From Fimicolochytrium jonesii (lineage: Eukaryota), in contig NW_026515672.1 in the NCBI RefSeq assembly GCF_025526975.1, forward strand, positions 434,001 to 498,000: a stretch of DNA of 64,000 bases, written 5' to 3'. The translations under genes and the position numbers were made by a program. This document shows, in pieces, positions 21,066 through 29,626 of the stretch. The notes below the pieces were generated by a model. That model searched no databases. It worked only from the letters and a program-made list of their open reading frames with translations, and was not told the origin of the DNA. The stretch's first letter is position 1. Each line of letters opens with the position of its first letter.

Positions 21066-22529
21066 ATGTTGGTTCTTGACGACAAGTTTGCTCGATTGCC
21101 AAACAATACTTTTCCCTCCCCTCCAGTGTTGAATATCCATTCAAATCAGTTCGGTTACATACAGGGAAAGCCGGAAGAGACCTTTGACCGTTTATTCAAA
21201 ACTCCCTTCTTTGTTCCAGGCAAAGGGAAAATATCGGATGCATTCTCTATAAGACAGACTGTAGATCAACCACTCAAACTCCGTGAAGGAGAGTACCAGT
21301 CTCAGATTGGAAAACAGGCTGTGGAAGCGCTCCATGCTATCGATAAGGAACGGGCAAGACAGGCATACTTTGATGAACTGGATAAAGACAATCTTTTCCC
21401 TCGACAAGGTCGAACGGTTTCTTTGACCAAAACCACAGCGTCGAAAGGCGATACAATTTATCATCAGCCGAATTACATTCGCGCTCAACAGAATCAATTC
21501 ATTGGAGATGCATCATCCAATGTGCAACGAACCGGTGATGATCACCTTCCGGAAAAAGCAAACATGAGCGAAGCAAATACAATACTTGGTAACAACAAGG
21601 TGGTAACAAAAATGAACGATCGTGAAACAATGACGGACGAAATTGGTCGAATCGGTTCTGCTGAAAAGATAAGCATGTCAAATAGCCGCACACAGACAGA
21701 TATTCCTCTCCATCGGGTTCGAGATCTTAGAACAGTCGAAACGCAGAGTACAACACCGGATCTAGACAGCGATACGTTAGATCTTATTTTCTCGTCTGGA
21801 GGAAAATTTCAACATTTTATGGATGGAGTAACTCACGCGAATCAAACCTTGCAAACACAACTCCGATCTCAAGAGGAGCAACTTGGAAGAATGACAACAG
21901 CCACAATGTCTACGTTCAGAAGAATGTTAGAATCGGTAGGTTTTAAAAATGTTCCTTCGACAATGACTCCGGACGAGATGGAACGACTCCTCAGCCAAGT
22001 GCAAAGCGTCACACCTATCGCATTAAGTGAAGTAGGAGCGATGCAAAGATTGATAGAAACTTTAAGAAAGGAAAAGATTACAGAAAGCAAAGATGTAGGG
22101 ACACAATATTCTCTTGGAGATGTGCCGAGGGTTGCTAGACCACGCCCACCACCCATAATTACGAATTTCTCACCAACAATAAGTTATCCATCTGCCAGTT
22201 CAGCAGTCACTCAAAGCGACATTTTCCCGAATAGAAGTCCAAAATCTACCCTTTCAACTGGAACGGTAGGATCCCCTATGGATCTCTCCACACCAATTGA
22301 ACAGTTTGTTACCCCCGAGCCGGTTACTCATGTCCAAACACCAAGTGAGGATTCTGCAACACCAACACAGAGAGATATCTTCACCGATTCCCCAGCAGTG
22401 AGGGCTCCAGAAAATACACCCATTGCGCCAATAAGGAAAAACAAAAGTACACGAACAAGTTTACCTCCCGAGAGATTATCTTATGAACACGGCTGGGAAC
22501 AATCTTCAAAACGGGCACGAAAAGTATAA
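21066..22529 (+). CDS. Viral hypothetical protein (487 aa), helical middle and S/T/P-rich tail
   Basis: Long intact ORF ending in basic KRARKV. Confidence 0.75.
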   Translation: MLVLDDKFARLPNNTFPSPPVLNIHSNQFGYIQGKPEETFDRLFKTPFFVPGKGKISDAFSIRQTVDQPLKLREGEYQSQIGKQAVEALHAIDKERARQAYFDELDKDNLFPRQGRTVSLTKTTASKGDTIYHQPNYIRAQQNQFIGDASSNVQRTGDDHLPEKANMSEANTILGNNKVVTKMNDRETMTDEIGRIGSAEKISMSNSRTQTDIPLHRVRDLRTVETQSTTPDLDSDTLDLIFSSGGKFQHFMDGVTHANQTLQTQLRSQEEQLGRMTTATMSTFRRMLESVGFKNVPSTMTPDEMERLLSQVQSVTPIALSEVGAMQRLIETLRKEKITESKDVGTQYSLGDVPRVARPRPPPIITNFSPTISYPSASSAVTQSDIFPNRSPKSTLSTGTVGSPMDLSTPIEQFVTPEPVTHVQTPSEDSATPTQRDIFTDSPAVRAPENTPIAPIRKNKSTRTSLPPERLSYEHGWEQSSKRARKV

Positions 22530-22617
22530 GATAAAAAGATCATAATTGTATAGAAGATTATAATTGTAATATTTGAGAATCATAGAGGATTCTGAAATGT
22601 ACAAAAGCGCATAAGTT

Positions 22618-22755
22618 TCAAACGATCTTCTTCCCGGCTCGTCGAGCAAGGATAAATGGAAGCAGTTGTGGAGGTATTACACCTTTTTTAGGTTTTCCCG
22701 ATTTAGTTCTAGCAGGGATGCGAACTGGTTTCAAAACCTTTTGTTTTCTCGGCAT
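22618..22755 (-). CDS. 45-aa highly basic protein (core/DNA-condensing candidate), absent from the ORF track
   Basis: MPRKQKVLKPVRIPARTKSGKPKKGVIPPQLLPFILARRAGKKIV directly downstream of the MCP gene. Confidence 0.6.
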   Translation of the reverse strand: MPRKQKVLKPVRIPARTKSGKPKKGVIPPQLLPFILARRAGKKIV

Positions 22756-22783
22756 TGGTTTCTACTATATGATTAGAAGATTT

Positions 22784-24007
22784 TCATACGATATCGACGG
22801 TTGCCCCAACAAGGATGGTGCGTTGTGCATAGACGGTTGTTTGCAATGAAACACTGGTACTCGGGGCCGGGAGACTGTGATTTGTGATTAGATGTACGTT
22901 TCCAGAGCCTCCGAGTAGGTTCAAAGCGCTACTGGAATCTTCATCTGCGCTTTGCCACGAATAACGCATTACGAACTGTTTGTTGTAAAAGTTATCAATG
23001 TCCAGGTCTTCAGAGGCGTATGATGTGTTGTCGTTCATGGAGAGGTTTCCTATCATAATGGCATCGCTTGCCTCGAAGTCTTCTGTGAGCGGTAATCTAT
23101 ATTGGCCTATCTGGTAACGCCATGACTTTAAGTTGGCTGTATCATAAATCAAACTTTTGTCCCCTGATGTAGTGGCGTATTTATTATCGTCTCTAAACCT
23201 ATGTGTTAATCCGACAATCCGGCCGTTTGTGAGTGGAAGAATAAAGTTGTTCTGAGACGCACCACTACATACATTGGAGAGTTGTTGAACGCCTACTACA
23301 TCAATTTCCAGATACTTCCCTGCCCGAATTCCGGACCACAATGCGGACATATAAGCGGCACTCGGGGTCACAAGTTGTGCTACATAACGAAGATTTGAAA
23401 CTTCAAAGTATACTCCAGAACCTACATTGGTAAAGGCTTGCTGCGGGGTGTTCAAAGTAAATGTCAATTCCACCGATTGATTCGGCAAAATCGCTAGTGG
23501 AATCGGGTTTCCGTTCAAATTTCTCATGGACCCTGCCAACAAATGGTGTTTGAATGTGAAAGTTCCGTTCGGATTTTTGAAAGCATCCGGGTTACCTGCA
23601 CCTTCGTTATATTTTAGATATTTTCGTTTCTCAGCCTCCACAAACTGGAGAGTGTCCGCAACAAAACTTGGCATATCTTCAATTTCGTCAACCACTTTCC
23701 CTCCGAATTTCACGGACATCGTTCGGAAGCAAGCCATTGCACCGATTTGAGAAATCTGCGCATCCGTGACGGGGCTGCCATCAGCGTTTTTCACAGAAAT
23801 TGTTCCCGATAGATACGAACGTTGAGGTCTCAAAAAGGAACTATTGGAATCAACTACGATCTTTATAGCATTTCCAGGTGATTTTGAACTAAACGTCTCC
23901 TTGATTGTGCGATATACAGCAATATTTTCGCTGAGAGCGTCTGAATGCATCGAAAACTGTCTGCTACTATAGATCCAGTTTGAAGGAACAACGGGATTTG
24001 TTGACAT
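22784..24007 (-). CDS. Major capsid protein, double jelly-roll, PLV type (407 aa)
   Basis: N-terminal FLRPQRSYLSGTI and FRTMSVKFGGKVVDEIED patterns resemble PLV MCPs; size and position near the penton and ATPase fit. Confidence 0.82.
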   Translation of the reverse strand: MSTNPVVPSNWIYSSRQFSMHSDALSENIAVYRTIKETFSSKSPGNAIKIVVDSNSSFLRPQRSYLSGTISVKNADGSPVTDAQISQIGAMACFRTMSVKFGGKVVDEIEDMPSFVADTLQFVEAEKRKYLKYNEGAGNPDAFKNPNGTFTFKHHLLAGSMRNLNGNPIPLAILPNQSVELTFTLNTPQQAFTNVGSGVYFEVSNLRYVAQLVTPSAAYMSALWSGIRAGKYLEIDVVGVQQLSNVCSGASQNNFILPLTNGRIVGLTHRFRDDNKYATTSGDKSLIYDTANLKSWRYQIGQYRLPLTEDFEASDAIMIGNLSMNDNTSYASEDLDIDNFYNKQFVMRYSWQSADEDSSSALNLLGGSGNVHLITNHSLPAPSTSVSLQTTVYAQRTILVGATVDIV

Positions 24008-24062
24008 TATTTTAAGTTATAATGGTTTAACATATCTCTTAGAAAAAAATAATCAACGTCCA

Positions 24063-24533
24063 TCAACGTCCACCAAAGATTCCCATATACGGATCATCAT
24101 CTGCTTCGGGAGGATCGAATTCTACAAACGTGTTTTCCTCCACAGAGTCGTCTTTGTACGCAGCAGGTTGAAGCGCTTTAGGCATTCGATTGATTTTCGC
24201 TATACGCTCTTGTCGCTTTTGTTCAGCAATTTTCTTTTTTTCCGCTTCATATTTCTCAATTATCTTTCTTGCTTCGTCCTTTTTAGATTCTTTTGCCCTT
24301 TTCTCTTGCTCCTTTTTCTGTTCTGTATCTGCTTTCTCTTTGAGTTCCTTCATCTTCTTCAAGTTCTCGGTACGTTTCTCTTGCGCTCGACGCATCGCCT
24401 CGATCTGTTTTTCAGATCGCGGCTTTTTGACCTTCACCTTTTCAATAACAGCCTCGGTGATCGGGTCGTCAACAATTGGTTTTTCTTCCTGTACAGAAGG
24501 GTTTTCAGTAGATACGCTTTCGTTTTCTGACAT
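24063..24533 (-). CDS. K/E-rich coiled-coil protein
   Basis: KKPRSEKQIEAMRRAQEKR followed by a long charged helix; lies between penton and MCP genes. Confidence 0.75.
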   Translation of the reverse strand: MSENESVSTENPSVQEEKPIVDDPITEAVIEKVKVKKPRSEKQIEAMRRAQEKRTENLKKMKELKEKADTEQKKEQEKRAKESKKDEARKIIEKYEAEKKKIAEQKRQERIAKINRMPKALQPAAYKDDSVEENTFVEFDPPEADDDPYMGIFGGR

Positions 24534-24574
24534 TTTGTTCAATGTTTTACTGTACAGAAGAGAAAAAAAATTCG

Positions 24575-25324
24575 TTATACAACGAGATCACTAGGGTCGT
24601 CTAAAATTCCCAGATGAATTGTTATTGGAGCGGATGTTCTCACAACTTGCAACGATGCACTATCGACGATCTGGAAGTCAATTTGATTGAGTGTAAGATC
24701 TTCGGCTCGATGAAAGTTGTCACTCGGGTTGACCCATGTCAAGATATCTCCATACGAATCAGGATTTATCGCCGCTAAACAATTGATGTCCGAGTCAATA
24801 CCAGCCGGATAAAGAATCGCTCCATTTGTCTGTAGAGTCCTTGAAGTTATTAGAATTGGTTGTGATGCGGATAGATTGAGTGTGTTTGGAAATGTTATAC
24901 TTGATCCGTATCCGGTTTCATTGACTTTATCGATCCCAAGTTGCAGAAAAGCGCTTGAACCACGGGATCCTCCAAGAATCTTGAACGTTTTACTTCCAGA
25001 AGTTGAAACAGTTAGTCGTCGAGTCACTCCATCGTAAGAAACACTGTACGGTTGAGACCCCGCTGCAGTCATCGCGCTTCCAAGAGCACCCAAAACGTTT
25101 GTTGAGTCATAGGTCCCTTCGGGCAAAGTTGCTTTTCTTAAAGTCGTAGATCCTGACTCTGCAAAAACAACTGCGTTGTTGAAATCCGATGTCGCACTCC
25201 ATGACTGCAGTAGAGATACCGAAATCAGTCTCCATGCATAGCACGGGACGGTATTTTGAAGACGAAATGTACAATTATTCATATCTGGTAACGTACCAGA
25301 ATTGAGGATAATATCTCGAAACAT
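24575..25324 (-). CDS. Minor capsid (penton) protein candidate (249 aa)
   Basis: Beta-rich, LPEGTYD motif, C-terminal IDFQIVD...ITIHLGI strands; adjacent to the ATPase. Confidence 0.72.
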   Translation of the reverse strand: MFRDIILNSGTLPDMNNCTFRLQNTVPCYAWRLISVSLLQSWSATSDFNNAVVFAESGSTTLRKATLPEGTYDSTNVLGALGSAMTAAGSQPYSVSYDGVTRRLTVSTSGSKTFKILGGSRGSSAFLQLGIDKVNETGYGSSITFPNTLNLSASQPILITSRTLQTNGAILYPAGIDSDINCLAAINPDSYGDILTWVNPSDNFHRAEDLTLNQIDFQIVDSASLQVVRTSAPITIHLGILDDPSDLVV

Positions 25325-25379
25325 CGATTTCTTATCTTTTGTATAATGTAAAGAGATTAATTTTACGAGTGCGCTAAAT

Positions 25380-26114
25380 ATGAGAATTGCTAAACCAAAA
25401 ATACCTTGTGAATATCAGATACACATAAAGGACAAGACGCCCGATGACTATCCGAAGAAATTCTTCACTTTGACTCTAGTCGGGAGTTCAAGAGCAGGGA
25501 AAACTACTTGTATTATCAATCTCATCCAGAATTGTGCAAAAGCGTATGAAAATGTTGTGGTTTTCTCTCCAAGCGCTGACTCGCCGGAATGGACCAGTTT
25601 GAAGAAATGCGATAATGTGTACATGTCCAGCATTGTGTCGAATCACATTCTGAACAACCTTTTCGAGAAGCAGAAAAGTCTTTATAAACAAGACAAATCC
25701 AAAAATCACCTTCTTCTCGTCTTGGACGATTTCGGAATTCTCGCAAAAGAAAATGGCCCCGCAATCGGAAAGGAGCCTAAAGAACCGGAACTGATATCGA
25801 GCGGGATTCGGCAGATGTTAGACTTACTTTACTCGCGCTTTCGACACGCAGGGGGGAGTCTTTTATGCAGCCTGCATGACACGAAACAATTGACTCCGCT
25901 CCAGCGAGTCAACAGCACTCATTGGATATTGTATCGACTTAATCAGAAACAGTATGAGAAGATTGCAGGTGAGATTCGCTGTCATTTGTCAGAATCGGAG
26001 TTTGTAAATTTAGCAGAGAAATATACTGTCAAACCTTATCATGCGCTCTACGTCGATTTGAAAAGCCCGACAAACGAAGGAGTCTTTAAAGAATTGCAAC
26101 CAGAAACGCATTAA
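25380..26114 (+). CDS. A32/FtsK-HerA-type DNA packaging ATPase (244 aa)
   Basis: Walker A GSSRAGKTT, Walker B LLLVLDD, RFRH motif and R.NS motif. Confidence 0.9.
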   Translation: MRIAKPKIPCEYQIHIKDKTPDDYPKKFFTLTLVGSSRAGKTTCIINLIQNCAKAYENVVVFSPSADSPEWTSLKKCDNVYMSSIVSNHILNNLFEKQKSLYKQDKSKNHLLLVLDDFGILAKENGPAIGKEPKEPELISSGIRQMLDLLYSRFRHAGGSLLCSLHDTKQLTPLQRVNSTHWILYRLNQKQYEKIAGEIRCHLSESEFVNLAEKYTVKPYHALYVDLKSPTNEGVFKELQPETH

Positions 26115-26142
26115 AAAAAATTTCGTGGACTAAAAGTATAGG

Positions 26143-26364
26143 ATGATTGATAACATTTTCTATTTGCCAAATTCGCTAACCAAAGAATCTTTTGACAAAC
26201 TTCTAGAAGACCTATCACAGGATAGGCTTTGGTTAGACATGCCGGAGGACGTAAGGACGAGAACTTTACAACAATGTAAGGAAGAAATAGTTGTGAATAT
26301 TGTTCAGTCGCATTTGGACAAGCAAGTTCCAGTCAAAACTCCAAGAAGAAAAAAGGCCGCTTGA
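26143..26364 (+). CDS. Viral hypothetical protein (73 aa)
   Basis: ATG ORF with a basic C-terminus, preceded by a variant of the shared upstream motif. Confidence 0.55.
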   Translation: MIDNIFYLPNSLTKESFDKLLEDLSQDRLWLDMPEDVRTRTLQQCKEEIVVNIVQSHLDKQVPVKTPRRKKAA

Positions 26365-26652
26365 AAATTTCAAAGTTTTCCAAGATTTCCGTCCGGAATA
26401 TGACGTAAAACTATTCTACAAGTTGAGCAACAAAAGACTTCCGCGCGACCAAACTCCTGAACAAATTAGTGCCATTTTACTATTTGGGTTGTGCTTTTTC
26501 AGGTTGATTCGGGCTTTACCTATACAGTTTGACTTCTTAATTGACTGCATCAAGCCCAAGAAACAAGCCCAGGTGTTTTTCTCAATTTTTTACCGAACAA
26601 TGACAAAAAAATTGACCACAACATTAATTTGTGGTCAATTGATAAACGAAAG

Positions 26653-27891
26653 ATGGACTCCGACAACAAAGGCCCTTCATCTCTCAGATATGACCCCATC
26701 ACTCCGGAGGATCTCCGGAACCTCACCAAGTTTTACTATCAGAATCAAAACTTTCTAGGACGAGACAAATTGTGGTATGCATATAGAAAAGCGTTTCCAA
26801 ATAGCAGGATTTCGCAAAGAACCCTTCTTAACGACTTTCTCAAGAAGCAAGAGATTTGGCAGAGATCGACAAAAGTTATGGGATCCCGAGGCTCGATAAA
26901 ACCGATTTTGGCCAGAAAGGAAGGAAACTACCAGATCGATTGTATAAATCTGACGTCGGTAGCATACGGTGGGTACAAGTATTCGGTCAATGCTTCGGAT
27001 ATTCTCACTAAAAAAGTGTATAGTATGGCGATGAAGACACAAGATCAAGCCACTGTTGTCAAGTTTCTAGAAACAATGAAACGGGATGGCGCTGTATTAG
27101 TAAGTTTCACATCCGATGTAGGTACGGAATTTCAAGGTCAGGTACAAGAGTGGGCCGACTCGAATAACGTGGAGTGGAAGTTCGGACAACCCGGTGTCCC
27201 CCAAGGTCAAGGACAGATTGAATCCGTTAACAAAAATATAAAAAATCTGATCTATTCCTCGATACGTTTCGGAAAACGGGATTGGCCAAATTATCTTCAA
27301 AAACTCATAGATAATTTAAACAACACGAAAACGTATGCGACAGGGAAGGCTTCAAATGAAATCTTACAAGATGAACATGAAGCCATCTTTGATCGCATAC
27401 GGAACAAGAAATTGAAAGGGGTGAAATCAACAGTTTTGAACGAATTTAAGGTGGGAGATATTGTAAGAAAGATAATACCGTTACCAAGTGGTATTAAAAG
27501 ACGCGCAAAGGTGGGGTATTTCTCGTCACAAACCTATAGAATTGGAGGGAAAGTGCAAAGTAATTATGCAGGTTATGTTTCATCGTACAAATTAAACAGA
27601 ATGGATGGAACAAGACTTCCCGGTTTAATATCGGCCAACGATCTTCGCTTGGTTCCATCAGGGACCGTCAACGTACCAAACATGGCTTCCCAGCCAGATC
27701 CAAATGAAAATGACGAATACGAAATCGAATCAATACTTGATAGTAGAGTAGTACGTAGAGGCAACAGAAGGATAAAGCAGTACAAGGTTCTATGGAGTGG
27801 TTATGATGCGTCCCAATCAACTTGGGAAGATGAAGGGAATCTCGAAAATGCACGGGAGGCCATAGCCGAGTATGAAGAGCAAAATGGATAA
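26653..27891 (+). CDS. Retroviral-type (rve) DDE integrase with C-terminal chromodomain
   Basis: YQIDC, TSDVGTEF and QGQIESVN triad; EYEIESILDSR...YKVLWSGY...STWEDEGNL chromodomain. Confidence 0.92.
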   Translation: MDSDNKGPSSLRYDPITPEDLRNLTKFYYQNQNFLGRDKLWYAYRKAFPNSRISQRTLLNDFLKKQEIWQRSTKVMGSRGSIKPILARKEGNYQIDCINLTSVAYGGYKYSVNASDILTKKVYSMAMKTQDQATVVKFLETMKRDGAVLVSFTSDVGTEFQGQVQEWADSNNVEWKFGQPGVPQGQGQIESVNKNIKNLIYSSIRFGKRDWPNYLQKLIDNLNNTKTYATGKASNEILQDEHEAIFDRIRNKKLKGVKSTVLNEFKVGDIVRKIIPLPSGIKRRAKVGYFSSQTYRIGGKVQSNYAGYVSSYKLNRMDGTRLPGLISANDLRLVPSGTVNVPNMASQPDPNENDEYEIESILDSRVVRRGNRRIKQYKVLWSGYDASQSTWEDEGNLENAREAIAEYEEQNG

Positions 27892-27898
27892 TAGGTTC

Positions 27899-29059
27899 TC
27901 AAAACTTGTCATCTAGATTTAAATCGTCATTAAGATCGTCGATATCCATCGCATCATCATCATTAGATGAGCCTTCGTTCTTCTCCCTGTGAAGATTATA
28001 ATAAACTTGTCGTGTTGCATAGGAATGACCATGCTTTTTAGCGAACTCTTTTTGAACCCGAGGATCTCCGTTATCCAATTTGATCGAGTCAATCACTACA
28101 ATTTTTCTAAGTTCATTGACTCCGAGTTCTTTTCCGATATGTTGTTTACAAGCGATCTTCATAGCCCTTCCAAAACCTCCGCCTTCATAGGGTTTACTTG
28201 CGTTGCGCGCTTTTTCAAACAATTTACTCTGTCCTTTAGCCTTACGAATATCAACCAGATTATCAATGTGCCTTTTGACAATGTCATCGATAACCGTAAT
28301 AAGAACATCGGTGTCTCCCTTATTCTTATTACATGCTTTTATCAGAAACGTATGGGTTTCCGTATTAAATGTGACGTTATCCGTTTCGGTAATGTCCACA
28401 AACTTCGCTTCGCCAATGTCTGCTCTTCGAATAACATCTGAACCAACGAAACAAGCCGCTGCAATGAGCAACCCATACTTATATGGATCTTTGACGGCCT
28501 TTTCTTTAAGTTGATCCAATTTCTCGTAAAGAGCGTTGATTAAAGGGTCTTTTTCAATGAAGCGCTTCGTTTCATATTCTTTATCCATTACGAGATCGCG
28601 GGCTTGTATCTCTTTACAACGATCGCCGTTGATCTTGAGATAGAAATGTCCCATTTCGTCAATATGCGTAAGTTTGTCCATTGTGCACGCATCTAGGAAT
28701 CGTTTCTTTGCAGTTTCACCATAGAGGCTAGACGAGAGCCAATCGTACAATCCTATTTTTTCCTCGTTTGTCATAATTTTGAACATAGCGGACAACACCT
28801 TTGTACAATTCGCTCCATCGTCTTTAGGGTAATTCTTTTTCAAGATTTTCATGACATCGGTCGGAGATGATAGGACATTCGGATCAAAAATCCCGTATGC
28901 TTCAAGTCCATTACAAGCCGACAGATATACCTTTCGGCTACTCGGAGCCAATCCTATCTTTCCATTCTTTTGTTGGACGGTATCGGCATATCGGTTGATA
29001 AGTTTCTTGGCTATTTCAATATTCATTGCTGTGTCGTTCTTTGGTTGTGCATAAACCAT
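27899..29059 (-). CDS. Tyrosine-recombinase-fold protein (386 aa)
   Basis: IRRADI (Arg), ACNKNK (Lys), NELRK and HGHSYATRQVYY (His...Tyr) in YR order and spacing. Confidence 0.75.
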   Translation of the reverse strand: MVYAQPKNDTAMNIEIAKKLINRYADTVQQKNGKIGLAPSSRKVYLSACNGLEAYGIFDPNVLSSPTDVMKILKKNYPKDDGANCTKVLSAMFKIMTNEEKIGLYDWLSSSLYGETAKKRFLDACTMDKLTHIDEMGHFYLKINGDRCKEIQARDLVMDKEYETKRFIEKDPLINALYEKLDQLKEKAVKDPYKYGLLIAAACFVGSDVIRRADIGEAKFVDITETDNVTFNTETHTFLIKACNKNKGDTDVLITVIDDIVKRHIDNLVDIRKAKGQSKLFEKARNASKPYEGGGFGRAMKIACKQHIGKELGVNELRKIVVIDSIKLDNGDPRVQKEFAKKHGHSYATRQVYYNLHREKNEGSSNDDDAMDIDDLNDDLNLDDKF

Positions 29060-29626
29060 TACTCGTTTTTACTCTTTAAATAAGAAATTTAATCACATCG
29101 TTAATATCGATATTAAACGCATGTTTATGTCATCGCGCGCGAATACTTACAGGTGGAACTCCGATTTCATCAGGATTCAAGAAAACACCCACCCCCAAAC
29201 AAAACTTTAATCAGTACAGAACCACCCCCACTTCCCCGAGTATGATCATGCAGAATCGCCCACACCTGCGCCGTCTATTCAGCCGAAACCACCCCCGCGG
29301 CAAGGTTACTAAAATTAAGCATTCACCCACATGAGGAGTGAGTAAAAATGGTACAGAAACAAATCACCCCCTCTTGGGGGTGATTTGACTCTTCTCGAAA
29401 CAAAAAACGGTGGGTGTTTTCTTTCCATAACTGAGCAAAGCAAGCGGGGGTGTTTTTTACCTCCCGTTTTCCAACGCCCGCGGGGGCGTTTCCTGTCGGT
29501 TACCACCTGGGTACTGTTTCTACATGTTGATATCATTTACTTTACAGTTAGGTGAGGTTGCAGATGTTGTTCTTTCCCGTTTGCGGAAAGGAAAACCGCC
29601 ACGAAAAAATATAAAAGGGTAAAAAA

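Noticed and set aside
26300..26758. 152-aa ORF upstream of the integrase
   Set aside because: Non-ATG start, overlaps both neighbours and shows no recognisable motif.
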